Origin: an uncultured bacterium | GTDB taxonomy: Bacteria; Fermentibacterota; Fermentibacteria; Fermentibacterales; Fermentibacteraceae | Direction of reading: 5' to 3' | DNA: 64,000 bases | Assembly (NCBI GenBank): GCA_964564435.1 | Contig: CAZMAT010000004.1 | Span: 8,928-72,927, forward strand | In this document: piece after piece, positions 9,101 through 17,429 of the stretch | Layout: each line of letters starts with the position of its first letter | Position numbering within the stretch: the stretch's first letter is position 1 | The notes under the pieces: model-generated | The model's input: only the letters and a program-made list of their open reading frames with translations | Told to the model about the DNA's origin: nothing | The model's database searches: none | Position numbers and translations under genes: made by a program

Positions 9101-9856
9101 CGCGACAGGGCCAGGGGCGACCTGGAGATCCTGGCCGGGCTCGCCGTGCTCGCCAACGCATCGGGCAGGCGGGCGGACATCCTGCTCCCGAGAGTGCTCC
9201 CGAACGGCGCCGCCCTGGAGGTGGCCGGAGCGTCTCCAGCATTCCTGCCCGGGCGCAGGCAGGCCGGGGAGAGGGAGGGGCATCCGGATCTCGCCCGGGC
9301 TCTCGAGGACGGCTCCATCAGGGCCGCTCTCGTGATTGGAGAGGATCCTCTCGGCAGCGACCGTACGGCCACCTGGTTCAGGAATGTCGAATTCCTCGCG
9401 GCCCTGGACTGGGCCTCCACCGAGACCACCCGCGCCGCCGGCGTCGTGCTCCCCGGATCGACCGGGCTCGAAGGATCGGGCACGAGGCTCGACTTCACCG
9501 GCTCTGCAAAGGCTTTCAGCAGGGCGGTAGCGCCGCCCGCCGGAATCGGAACGGCCGGCATGCTTGCGATGATAGCCGGGGAATGCGGCATCTCAGCCGA
9601 CTTGGAGACGATCGGTACGACCGTGAGGAAAGCGCTGGAAGCCGGATCCCCGGGGGTGGCGGGCTTCTACTGGAACGATGGAGTTCATCCCGTCTGGGAC
9701 GGAAAGGGCAGGCTCGGGCCGGTCGAGACGGGGCTCGAGCCCGGCAGGTTCTGCCCCCCGCTGACGGTGACTGCGCAGTACAGGGCCGGGATCGCAGAGG
9801 TCGGCAATGCCCGCTACCGCGTCCAGTCCGGTGTCAGAGGAAAAAATGTCAAGTAA
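6158..9856 (+). CDS. StnC-like large subunit: NuoG-type N-terminal [2Fe-2S] + inserted GltD-type FAD/NADPH oxidoreductase module + His/Cys [4Fe-4S] cluster domain + C-terminal molybdopterin-oxidoreductase-like (degenerate) domain
   Basis: 1232 aa. Residues ~1-80 read CHSPELEPYGSCFVCVVEV. Residues ~90-520 carry GGGPAGL, VVVGGGNTAMD and GGDAADD, like GltD/NfnB. HILYDPNKCVLCGRCIRTC and CVSCGNCVDACPTG follow. I see no TSCCP, MPCxxK or ExMACxxGC H-cluster motifs. Confidence 0.8.
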   Translation: MDTVKLIVNGTEVEARPGQTILEVVREHGLDDIPTLCHSPELEPYGSCFVCVVEVKGRPVLVPSCATRVTAGMEVETRNERVRASRKTALELLLSNHYADCVSPCKLGCPAGVDVQGYLALASMGETRKAVDLIRESNPLPAVCGRVCVRKCEAVCRRADVDSPVGINAVKRYLTDAPGVYDGQVERGPLNGKSVGIVGGGPAGLSAAWFLGRRGYAVTVYEAMEKAGGMVRYGIPEYRLPDEVLDREIDFVARAGVEIRTGVKVGRDIPFDELRHLHDAVFVAAGAWASNPMKVEGEFTTAGVVGGIEFLREKYHDRSPISGTVVVVGGGNTAMDVARTAWRLGADKVILLYRRTKAEMPADPMEIEDALHEGVEIMELAAPVGIGAVDGRLSSLRCIRMKLGEPDSSGRRRPVPMEGSEFDLPCDLAVAAIGQSPLLEGLAGAGGLPGTTKWGTVSVDTATMKTDVEGVFAGGDAADDGPTVVIDAIADGRTAALSIHAFLGGGDPPHPFIVRKDMWSKPGKAELGDIAESPRHEVHMLPVAEREGSFCEVATGFEWEDVLHEGAKCLSCGCLRYDDCELRLRAEEYGADVAHYAGHVRRHRPDDRHPHILYDPNKCVLCGRCIRTCARVLPVAALGLVGRGFRTEMRPAMNDPLVETNCVSCGNCVDACPTGALTVRLPYPGRACLEVVERATRCSVCSIQCPVRVMSHGSARYYITSSGVPGDYLCRSGRFANELYISSRRISAPSVRRGVETVVTDACSAVREAVTGLRKAAAEYGPGAVAVFVSAESTIEEMHLASRIAREGLGTGNIGSIAASCSSYDPAALDGMLGFTASTAGREALAQADLVICSNTSLEGDHPVLAVDILEAVRKRGAGLVVVNSALDDADRILSHAVLDPVRGTASVLWAGIVRRLAETGSVTKEAVASVPGGGEFLSSLGRTFEEACATAGVDPGSALAAVEAIAGASRIVIIHTPDRARDRARGDLEILAGLAVLANASGRRADILLPRVLPNGAALEVAGASPAFLPGRRQAGEREGHPDLARALEDGSIRAALVIGEDPLGSDRTATWFRNVEFLAALDWASTETTRAAGVVLPGSTGLEGSGTRLDFTGSAKAFSRAVAPPAGIGTAGMLAMIAGECGISADLETIGTTVRKALEAGSPGVAGFYWNDGVHPVWDGKGRLGPVETGLEPGRFCPPLTVTAQYRAGIAEVGNARYRVQSGVRGKNVK

Positions 9857-9955
9857 TCGGATTGGAGTCATGGATCGCCGGAACACTCGGGAGAACTGAA
9901 TACCAGTACGAGCATAAACATAAGTACAGCAACATTATATGCTCTGTGAGCATTC

Positions 9956-9984
9956 TTGACGCGCAATCATATGGCGGGCATATT
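9956..9984 (+). promoter_or_regulatory. candidate sigma70-type promoter for the TonB-receptor gene (TTGACG-17-CATATT) in an AT-rich 190-bp intergenic island
   Basis: This is the only AT-rich stretch between 9857 and 10044. The -35 element matches 6/6 and the -10 element 4/6. An RBS (AAAGGGGGGA) follows before the ATG at 10045. Confidence 0.35.
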
Positions 9985-10044
9985 GGAAATGGGTGAGTAC
10001 AGTGCATTTTATCCTCTGACACCGGACGGAAAGGGGGGGACGAG

Positions 10045-12414
10045 ATGATGGTTGTTCTTTTCTGCGCCGTACTTGCGTCGTCACAGGCGGATCAAGGTGT
10101 GACTTCCGCCGTCGTACCACGTGACTCCGGTACTGCTGTCGCCGGTCTTCCGGCGCTCGCAGAGGACAACCCCGGGCCCCTGCCCGGGCTGGTGACGGCC
10201 CTCGACGGAATGCACCACCGCGGCTGCCAGGCCGGAGGCATCGCGTCGCTGCTCGATGGATTCCCCGCCTGGTCGGCGCTCACGGGAGAGCCCTTCCTGA
10301 TAGCCCCTTCGGCCGCCGTCGAGAAGGAGGCCATCCTGACAGGCGGCCGGGCAGCAGGCGTCTTCTCCGGCCTGTCGGGTGCGACCGCCATCGTCACCAG
10401 AGCGCCCGAAACCCCGGGGCTTTCGGGTGAGGCCAGCTTCGGGATGGGTTCCATGGAGACCGGCGACATGACGCCTCTCTGGCACCCCCTCGTCCCCTCG
10501 CACGAGACGCGCCCCCTGCTCGAGGACTGCCTCACCGCCTCAGCAGCGGTCGAGGGGGCCGCGGAAGGCGTGATGCCTGGCCTGACCACGGTGCTCGTCT
10601 CCGGGGAGTTCGTCACATCCGGACCCGCCGACGCCGATGACGGCTCCTGGCGCGAGAACTGGGACAACAACGGCTACGAGAGATGGGAAGGCCTCGCGAG
10701 GCTCGGCTGGATCAAATCCGAATCCTTCGATGCGGACATCACCTTCGCCCTTCACGAGAGGGAGAGGGGCTGGTCGGACTGGTCCTGGAGCAGGTTCGAG
10801 GATCTCTACGTCGACCCCGAACCGTCGTCGCCGACGTACGGAGACACTCTCGGCGGTGGAGTCGGCATCGACTGCTCCCTCCCCACCCGCTACGACGAGG
10901 GATCGCTCGTCGGGCTCGATGCGAGCTTCGGCCTCGGTTCCTCCGGGACCCTCGGCGCCTCCCTGGCTGTGACCGGATCACGGATCTACACGAGGATCGA
11001 CGACCCCGCGGGGGGATATCTGGGCGAAGGCCTCGACGAGGAGTGGGAGTGGGCGGGCTACACACCTCCGGAACTCATCCTCGATTCTGACGGATTCGTC
11101 CGCAGCGGCGTGAGCGACCTCCTCTGGTACGACTCCGAGGACGATGCGCTCTCCGCAGGGCTCGACTGGAGCCTCGCCGCGGGGCGGCATTCCATCTCCG
11201 CCGCTTCAGGTCTGATACTGCACGACATGGAGGAGACCTGCGTCACCCTGCTCGACTCCCAGACAACCGTGGCCTTCCAGGAATGGGAGGCCTCCCCGAA
11301 GGAGGGCTTCCTCTCGGCAAGCGACGCGATCGACCTCTCCGGCGGTCTCGCAGTGACCCCCGGGCTGCGGCTGGGCTTCTTCGATCCCGCGTTCGACTTC
11401 ACGGAACTACCCATGCCCATTCCGCCGGGAGCGAACACCGGCGGCCCGTTGCCCGGCGGGAGCCTCTCGACCGAAGCCTCCGCGAAGACCTGGCTGGACA
11501 TGTCCCTGGCTGTCGTCCAGAGGCTCGACGCCCATCATTCCGTCACCGTCGAGTACTCGCGCGTTTCCAGGATGCCCCGCCCGGTCTTCCTCTACCCCGG
11601 CACGGATTCGATCCTCGTGAGCGAAGGCCAGTTCGTGGGCAACCCCGATCTCGACCCCGAGCGATGCTCCGATTTCTCGCTAGGTCTCTCCCGGACATGC
11701 CCCGGCCGCGGCGAGATGGGAGCATCCGTCTTCTACCGCACCATGGACGACCTGGTGAGGACCGAGCTGCGGGAGGACCCCGGCCAGGGCTCGTACCGCC
11801 AGTTCGACAACGGGGCGACAGCCACCGTGCAGGGTCTCGAGGTCTCCCATCGTGCAGGCCTGTCCGACTGGCTGGCCTGGTCCGCCACATACACGCTGAG
11901 CAAGGCCGAGGGCACCTGGTCGGTCCTCCAGCGGCCCTCGGACTATCAGTGGGCGACGCCCTGGATCTCCGAAGCGGACGAGTTCCCCCTGGAATGGGAC
12001 CGCAGGCACTCCCTGGACCTGTCGCTGACCAGTGAGTTCCCCGCCGGCTACGGCGCCCTGGGAGGGCTCGGAGCCGGGCTCGACTGGAGCTACGCGAGCG
12101 GATTCCCGCTGGATACGTCGTATTACGGCGAGGCTCCGGCGACCAGGAACGCGGAGCGGTACCCAGACATGACCAGGCTCGATGCATCCGTCTGGAAGCG
12201 GCACAGGCTGGGAGGCCTGGATCTGACCCTGAGGCTCGACGTCGTGAACGTTTCACAGGAGCGGAACATCGCCTGGGTGGTCGACCCGGAGTGGTACTTC
12301 GCCGAGCTGGGGGGTGACGGGGATCCGGAACTCGATCCGACGGGAGCCATGCATAACAGCCACGCCTTCGCCTCCCCGAGGCACTTCATGCTGGGGCTCT
12401 CGATAGGCTGGTAG
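10045..12414 (+). CDS. TonB-dependent receptor-like outer-membrane beta-barrel protein
   Basis: It has a signal peptide (MMVVLFCAVLASSQA). A plug-like N-terminal region reads SLLDGFPAWSALTG...GVFSGLSGATAIVTRAP. The C-terminal aromatic ending is ...GLSIGW. Confidence 0.6.
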   Translation: MMVVLFCAVLASSQADQGVTSAVVPRDSGTAVAGLPALAEDNPGPLPGLVTALDGMHHRGCQAGGIASLLDGFPAWSALTGEPFLIAPSAAVEKEAILTGGRAAGVFSGLSGATAIVTRAPETPGLSGEASFGMGSMETGDMTPLWHPLVPSHETRPLLEDCLTASAAVEGAAEGVMPGLTTVLVSGEFVTSGPADADDGSWRENWDNNGYERWEGLARLGWIKSESFDADITFALHERERGWSDWSWSRFEDLYVDPEPSSPTYGDTLGGGVGIDCSLPTRYDEGSLVGLDASFGLGSSGTLGASLAVTGSRIYTRIDDPAGGYLGEGLDEEWEWAGYTPPELILDSDGFVRSGVSDLLWYDSEDDALSAGLDWSLAAGRHSISAASGLILHDMEETCVTLLDSQTTVAFQEWEASPKEGFLSASDAIDLSGGLAVTPGLRLGFFDPAFDFTELPMPIPPGANTGGPLPGGSLSTEASAKTWLDMSLAVVQRLDAHHSVTVEYSRVSRMPRPVFLYPGTDSILVSEGQFVGNPDLDPERCSDFSLGLSRTCPGRGEMGASVFYRTMDDLVRTELREDPGQGSYRQFDNGATATVQGLEVSHRAGLSDWLAWSATYTLSKAEGTWSVLQRPSDYQWATPWISEADEFPLEWDRRHSLDLSLTSEFPAGYGALGGLGAGLDWSYASGFPLDTSYYGEAPATRNAERYPDMTRLDASVWKRHRLGGLDLTLRLDVVNVSQERNIAWVVDPEWYFAELGGDGDPELDPTGAMHNSHAFASPRHFMLGLSIGW

Positions 12415-12420
12415 CGGCGA

Positions 12421-13932
12421 TTACGTGTCGCGCGGAGCGGCGGGGCCGTCATGGCCCCGCCGCATGCGTCCTGCGAGGATCGCGGCGATGTGGTCAGGCA
12501 GGTCCCTGAGCTTCCTGTAGACCGTCATCTCGGTCTTCGTGCCGAAGCGGCCCTCGAGCAGCCTGACCGCCTGTGCGAGGACGGCGCCCGGCCGTCTGAC
12601 GAGCCTCGTGGCGTAGAATACGGCGTACACCGTCCACCTGTAGGCATCGAGCCTCCGGTAATCCGGGCGCCAGACCGGCGAGAAGCAGAGTTCGTCATAC
12701 TCCCGGAAGCCCTTGAGCGCCTCCTCCTCCATCGCGGGGGTGGCCGGGAAGGGCGTGACGACCGGCATGACGACCTCGTCCGCCCCGGACGAGGCCAGGC
12801 GGCCGACGTAGCGCCTCGTCATCCTCCTGTCCGCAGGCGTCTCGCCGGGATAGCCCGTGGCCATGAAGGCGCAGGTCTTCATGCCCAGCGAGGAGGCCTT
12901 CCTGAACAGGTGCGGCACCCTGTCGATGTCGGCCACCTTGTTCATCAGGGCCAGCACACGTGGAGAGCCGGTCTCCGGGCTGAGCGAGATGTACCTGCAT
13001 CCGGCCTTCGCCAGGAGTTCGAGCAGCTCGTCGTCCAGCGTCTCCATCTTGAGGCCCGAGGGGAAGCAGAACGTGAAGCCCGGATCGTGGCCTGCGAGCA
13101 TGCGGCATATCGAGACGGCACGGTCCCTGTCGATCGCGAAGTTCTCGTCCTGGATGTGGAAGTCGGTAAGCCCCCACAGCCTGTTGTGCCACTCCATCTC
13201 CTCCACGACCTTCGCCGCGCTCCGCGAGGTCCATTTCCCGCCTGACATGAGCGGCGCCTGGCAGAACGAGCACTTGTACGGGCATCCGCGGGAGGTGACG
13301 ATGTTCATGTACTTCCCCGCGAACGGACCGTGTCCGTATCGGAGCCGCCAGTAGTTCTCGAGCGGAAGCAGGTCGACCGCCCCGAAAGGCTGATGTTCGA
13401 GTTCGACCGGTCCTGCCGATCTAGGCGATATCCCCCTTGCGGAGGCGAGCCCGTCCTGCCCGTCGGGATTTTCGCCGCGCTCGAGCGCGTCCAGGAGGCG
13501 CGGGAGGCGCTCCTCTCCCTCGCCCATGACCACGTAGTCGGCTCCGGCAGCGATGAAGGCCTCGGGGACGAACGTCGCGTGATATCCCCCGACCACGGTG
13601 ACGATGCCAGGATGACCGGCCTTCACCGCGGCGAGTATCTCGCAGGCCATGGAGTGCTCGCCCGCGCAGTGGACGCTAACGCCGGCGACGGGGGTCGACG
13701 GATCGATCCTCCCTGAGATGCCGGCCGGGGTCAGCCCGCGGGCCGTGTACCTCGACCGGAACCTGTAGAAGTCGTGCGGTCTTTCGCCATATCCGTCGAC
13801 GATCGAGACCTCGTGGCCGCGGGCCCGGACCGAAGCTGCGAGATACGCTATCCCCGATGGGATGCCCGGGATGCTCCCGTACAGGTCTGCCGAGAGATGG
13901 ACGACCGGCGTCCTGACGAGGGCAATCCTCAT
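12421..13932 (-). CDS. cobalamin-binding (class B) radical SAM enzyme
   Basis: 503 aa. The N-terminal B12-binding fold reads MRIALV...GHEVSIVDG. The radical SAM CxxxCxxC reads SRGCPYKCSFCQ. A 4-nt overlap joins it to the upstream rSAM gene. Confidence 0.85.
   Translation of the reverse strand: MRIALVRTPVVHLSADLYGSIPGIPSGIAYLAASVRARGHEVSIVDGYGERPHDFYRFRSRYTARGLTPAGISGRIDPSTPVAGVSVHCAGEHSMACEILAAVKAGHPGIVTVVGGYHATFVPEAFIAAGADYVVMGEGEERLPRLLDALERGENPDGQDGLASARGISPRSAGPVELEHQPFGAVDLLPLENYWRLRYGHGPFAGKYMNIVTSRGCPYKCSFCQAPLMSGGKWTSRSAAKVVEEMEWHNRLWGLTDFHIQDENFAIDRDRAVSICRMLAGHDPGFTFCFPSGLKMETLDDELLELLAKAGCRYISLSPETGSPRVLALMNKVADIDRVPHLFRKASSLGMKTCAFMATGYPGETPADRRMTRRYVGRLASSGADEVVMPVVTPFPATPAMEEEALKGFREYDELCFSPVWRPDYRRLDAYRWTVYAVFYATRLVRRPGAVLAQAVRLLEGRFGTKTEMTVYRKLRDLPDHIAAILAGRMRRGHDGPAAPRDT
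12437..12463. terminator. GC-rich 11-bp-stem hairpin (gcggcggggcc-gtcat-ggccccgccgc) about 23 nt after the TonB-receptor stop, lying inside the 3' end of the convergent rSAM CDS
   Basis: A perfect inverted repeat is seen. There is no U-tract, so it may be a factor-dependent or bidirectional stop signal. Confidence 0.3.
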
Positions 13933-15437
13933 GCGGAGCTGTCGTTCCCGGTCGGCATCGCCGGTTTGCCGGAGTCATCGGGGTTTCCGGCCGCCGGTTC
14001 GGCGGAGTAGCTCGCAGTGGCGAGCAGGAGGAATCCCTTGAGGTACTTGGCGAGATCGTAGAAGCTGCGGATCGAGAGCACCTTCCGGATCACCATGCGC
14101 GGGTTCACGTAGAATCTCCTGTGCCCGGCCTGTATCAGGAACCGGATCTGCTCCTCGGTCATCCCCTCGGGCACGAACGACACGTTCTTGAAGTTGAACC
14201 TGTTCTCGGTGAACTTGGCGGGCTTGAGCCTCCCGCTCGTCAGGTCCTCGTACACGCTCGTCCCCGGAAGGGGCGTCAGGTTGACGAAGACGGCGTAGTC
14301 CAGGCCTATGGAGCACGCGAAGTCTATGGTCTCGAGACCCTCCTGGAACGTCTCGCCCGGGATGCCGAACATGAACGTGCCGTAGGCCTCGATCCCGGCC
14401 TTCGTCGTCATCCCGACGGCATTCCTGATCTGTTCGAGGGTGGTTCCCTTGCGGAGCGTATCCAGGTTCTTCTGCACGCCGGATTCGATCCCGTACAGGA
14501 TCCTCCAGCAGCCGGCCCTCTTCATCAGGCGGAGAAGCCGTTCGTTCACCCTGTCCACCCGGGCGTTGACCGCCCAGTAGACCCCCAGCCTCCGCCGGAT
14601 CATCTCCTCGCAGAAGGCGGTGGCCCTCTCCTCGGACAGGGTGAAGGTGTCGTCCCAGAAGGCGATGTCCCGCACGCCGTGCTCCCGTCTGAGCATCTCG
14701 ATCTCGTCGACGATGTTGACGGCGGACCGCATCCTGACCCTGGTGTCGGTATGGCAGAAGATGCAGTGGAACGGGCAGCCTCTGGCCCCGATGATGTTCG
14801 CGTGCGGGAGCCTCTTGTAGAAGGTCGGTGAGGGGAGGTAGTCCCTGACGTCGACGAGGCCGTGGGCAGGGAAGGGCAGCGTGTCGATGTCCGCAACCTG
14901 TGCCCTGGGCTCCGTCCGGACCAGTGCGCCCGACCCGTCCCTGCAGATCAGTCCCCGTATCCCCCCCGTCGGAGAACCTGAAGCCAGGGCTGCCGCCAGC
15001 TCCCTCATCGTGTGTTCGCCTTCTCCGTAGATCAGGAAGTCGATGGCGGGACACTCCTCGAAGCAGCGCTCCATCCAGAGCGTGGGATGGATGCCCCCGA
15101 CTACGATGCGGACTGATGGGAGCCGCTTCTTCAGCTCGGCTATCATCCACCGGGAGACCTCCCAGTCGACGCTGGTGATGGTGATGCCCACCAGGTCCGG
15201 AGAGATCGCGCCGAGCTTCTCGACCATCCGCTCGAACGGGTTGAACAGACCTTCGAGGTAGACGACCTCGTGCCCGTCCTGCATCAGGAAAGGCGCCAGA
15301 TAGAGAAGGGAGGGTGACGGGACGACGTTCACCAGCGGCTTGATGTGGAGCCAGCCGAACAGGCGCCTGCGCCGGTTCATGAAGTCATGCTGGTCCTGCT
15401 CCCAGGACGCCGGCATCGTAAGCAGAACTATCTTCAA
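13929..15437 (-). CDS. cobalamin-binding (class B) radical SAM enzyme
   Basis: Likely TTG start at 15437 (LKIVLLTMP...), preceded by AAGGA. The cluster motif reads ARGCPFHCIFCH. The upstream in-frame extension to 15947 is low-complexity junk. Confidence 0.8.
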   Translation of the reverse strand: MKIVLLTMPASWEQDQHDFMNRRRRLFGWLHIKPLVNVVPSPSLLYLAPFLMQDGHEVVYLEGLFNPFERMVEKLGAISPDLVGITITSVDWEVSRWMIAELKKRLPSVRIVVGGIHPTLWMERCFEECPAIDFLIYGEGEHTMRELAAALASGSPTGGIRGLICRDGSGALVRTEPRAQVADIDTLPFPAHGLVDVRDYLPSPTFYKRLPHANIIGARGCPFHCIFCHTDTRVRMRSAVNIVDEIEMLRREHGVRDIAFWDDTFTLSEERATAFCEEMIRRRLGVYWAVNARVDRVNERLLRLMKRAGCWRILYGIESGVQKNLDTLRKGTTLEQIRNAVGMTTKAGIEAYGTFMFGIPGETFQEGLETIDFACSIGLDYAVFVNLTPLPGTSVYEDLTSGRLKPAKFTENRFNFKNVSFVPEGMTEEQIRFLIQAGHRRFYVNPRMVIRKVLSIRSFYDLAKYLKGFLLLATASYSAEPAAGNPDDSGKPAMPTGNDSSA

Positions 15438-15600
15438 GGAGGAATCCTTCACGATCGGGTGGTCCGTACCGCTGCGGATTATAGGACCGCCTGCGCCGGC
15501 CGAGCAAGCAAGAAGGGGCGCGGGAACCCGGTCGAAACCCGTCCCCCCGCGCTCCTGCGGAGCTATAATGCCCGCAGCCCGCAGAACCGGAAGGAATCGC

Positions 15601-16614
15601 ATGCCGCCCGGAGTATCGATCGTCATACCTGCATGGAAGGCATCCAGGACCATCGTGGACTGCCTCGCCTCGATCTCCGCCCAGACCCTCCCCCCTGTCG
15701 AGGTGGTGGTGGTCGACGATGATTCGCCTGACGACACCGCCTCGATGGCCGAGGCGCTCGGTGCGAGGGTGGTCAGGCTGCCGCGCAACATGGGCCCCGC
15801 CAGGGCCAGGAACGAGGGGGTGGCGGCAGCCTCGGGAGATGTGATCCTGTTCGTGGATTCCGACGTGGCCGTTCCCGAGGGCCTCGTGGAAGCGATCCAC
15901 GCACGTTTCGAGGATCCGGCCGTTTCGGCGGTCCAGACCCTGTACACCCCTTCCTGCCCCGCCTCCGGTCTGGTCTCCCGCTACCAGAACTTCTACTACC
16001 ACCATGCCCTGGCGCGCGTCAGGGAGGAGAGCACCGCCATCTTCGCGACCTGGTGCGCGGCGGTGAGGAAGGACCTGTTCGAGAGGCTCGGCGGCTTCAA
16101 CACCGACATCCCCGAACCCACGGTCGAGGACGAGGAGTTCGGGTACGCGATCGCCGATGCCGGAGGCAGGATCATACTCGACAAGTCCCTGCAGGTCATT
16201 CACATGGCCTCATATGACCTCCGCGGGTTCGCGAGGCGCCGGATGAGGATGGCCAGGGCCCAGGCCAAGAGCGGACTCCGGCAGATACGCGACAGGCTCC
16301 TCGCCCGGTACATCAACGTGCACGAGACCGGGACCCACCACAGCAGGCTCGTCGTTGCGTCCATCCTGATGATGCCCCTCTCCCTGGCGTTCGCCGCATC
16401 CGCGATCCCCTGCGGGCCCTCCATGCTGGCTCCGTCCTCGCTTCTCTTCGCATCCGCGATGCTGTGCCACCTGGACTTCTTCAGGAAGGCCTCGAGGCAG
16501 TTCGGCCCGGAAATACTGCCGGGCTTCGCACTCATGTGCGCGGCCGACATGCTGATCCTGGCCTGGGGCATCATGCGCGGTACTGCGAGCTTCGTACTCG
16601 GGAGGCGCTACTAG
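15601..16614 (+). CDS. family-2 glycosyltransferase with C-terminal membrane anchor (GtrB/polyprenyl-phosphate sugar synthase-like)
   Basis: ATG at 15601 follows GGAAGGAA. It has the GT2 motifs VSIVIPA, VVVDDDS and FVDSDV. It is paralogous to the 19180-20175 gene; both contain NFYYHH/HY and both end ...GRRY. Confidence 0.8.
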   Translation: MPPGVSIVIPAWKASRTIVDCLASISAQTLPPVEVVVVDDDSPDDTASMAEALGARVVRLPRNMGPARARNEGVAAASGDVILFVDSDVAVPEGLVEAIHARFEDPAVSAVQTLYTPSCPASGLVSRYQNFYYHHALARVREESTAIFATWCAAVRKDLFERLGGFNTDIPEPTVEDEEFGYAIADAGGRIILDKSLQVIHMASYDLRGFARRRMRMARAQAKSGLRQIRDRLLARYINVHETGTHHSRLVVASILMMPLSLAFAASAIPCGPSMLAPSSLLFASAMLCHLDFFRKASRQFGPEILPGFALMCAADMLILAWGIMRGTASFVLGRRY

Positions 16615-16642
16615 CCGATGCCCGGCGTGCCGTCGGGCGGGG

Positions 16643-17356
16643 TCAGATCCTCCCTGCGATGAACTTGAGCATCGTGTGCAGCACCGTGAATCCGTACGGG
16701 ATGGGCTTCAGGCTGGAGTAGCCCTCCCCGTGGAGCGTGGGGATGGGCACCTCTCGTATCGACAGCTTCTTGCGTATCGCTCCGGCGAGCATCTCGGAAT
16801 CGAAGTTGAACGTGTCGGAATAACCGTGGTAGGGGATCGTTTCCAGCGCCTTCCTGCTGTAGGCCTTGTACCCGCTGTGATAGCTCGACAGATCGGCCCT
16901 GAAGACGAAGTTCTCGAGCCGGTTGAGCACGATCGTCCCCCAGTACCGGGTCTGGGACATCCCGCCCTCTCGCATGTCGCCGTACATCGTCCTGCTCCCG
17001 CCGACCACGTCGACGCCCTCGTGCAGCGGTGCGAGCATGGCCAGCAGGAAGCCGGGCGGGTACTGGCCGTCGGAGTGCAGCATGACCGCCCCGCTCGCTC
17101 CGTTCTCCAGCGACCAGTCGAAGGCTGTCTTCTGCGCGGCTCCGTACCCCCTGTTCACGGGGTGGTCGACGACGACGACCTTTGGGAACTCCGCCGACAG
17201 ATCCCGGGCCCTGTCTCCCGTGCCGTCGCTGGAGCCGTCGTTCACCACGAGCAGGGCGTCGACTGCATCCCAGGCCTCGGAAGGGATGTTCCTGAGAACT
17301 CCTTCTATGAACCTGCCCGTGTTGTATGCGGGCATGAAGCAGATGTGATCCATCAC
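16643..17356 (-). CDS. family-2 glycosyltransferase, DPM1/ArnC-like polyprenyl-phosphate sugar synthase
   Basis: 237 aa. The motifs are PAYN, VVNDGSSDGT and HSDGQY. It is the last gene of the minus-strand operon. Confidence 0.85.
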   Translation of the reverse strand: MMDHICFMPAYNTGRFIEGVLRNIPSEAWDAVDALLVVNDGSSDGTGDRARDLSAEFPKVVVVDHPVNRGYGAAQKTAFDWSLENGASGAVMLHSDGQYPPGFLLAMLAPLHEGVDVVGGSRTMYGDMREGGMSQTRYWGTIVLNRLENFVFRADLSSYHSGYKAYSRKALETIPYHGYSDTFNFDSEMLAGAIRKKLSIREVPIPTLHGEGYSSLKPIPYGFTVLHTMLKFIAGRI

Positions 17357-17429
17357 CCGGGCCTTCCTGTCTCTCGGTAAGAATGCGGGAAGCTACTCCA
17401 GTCCCTCCCGCGGCGCAAGGATCCGACGC

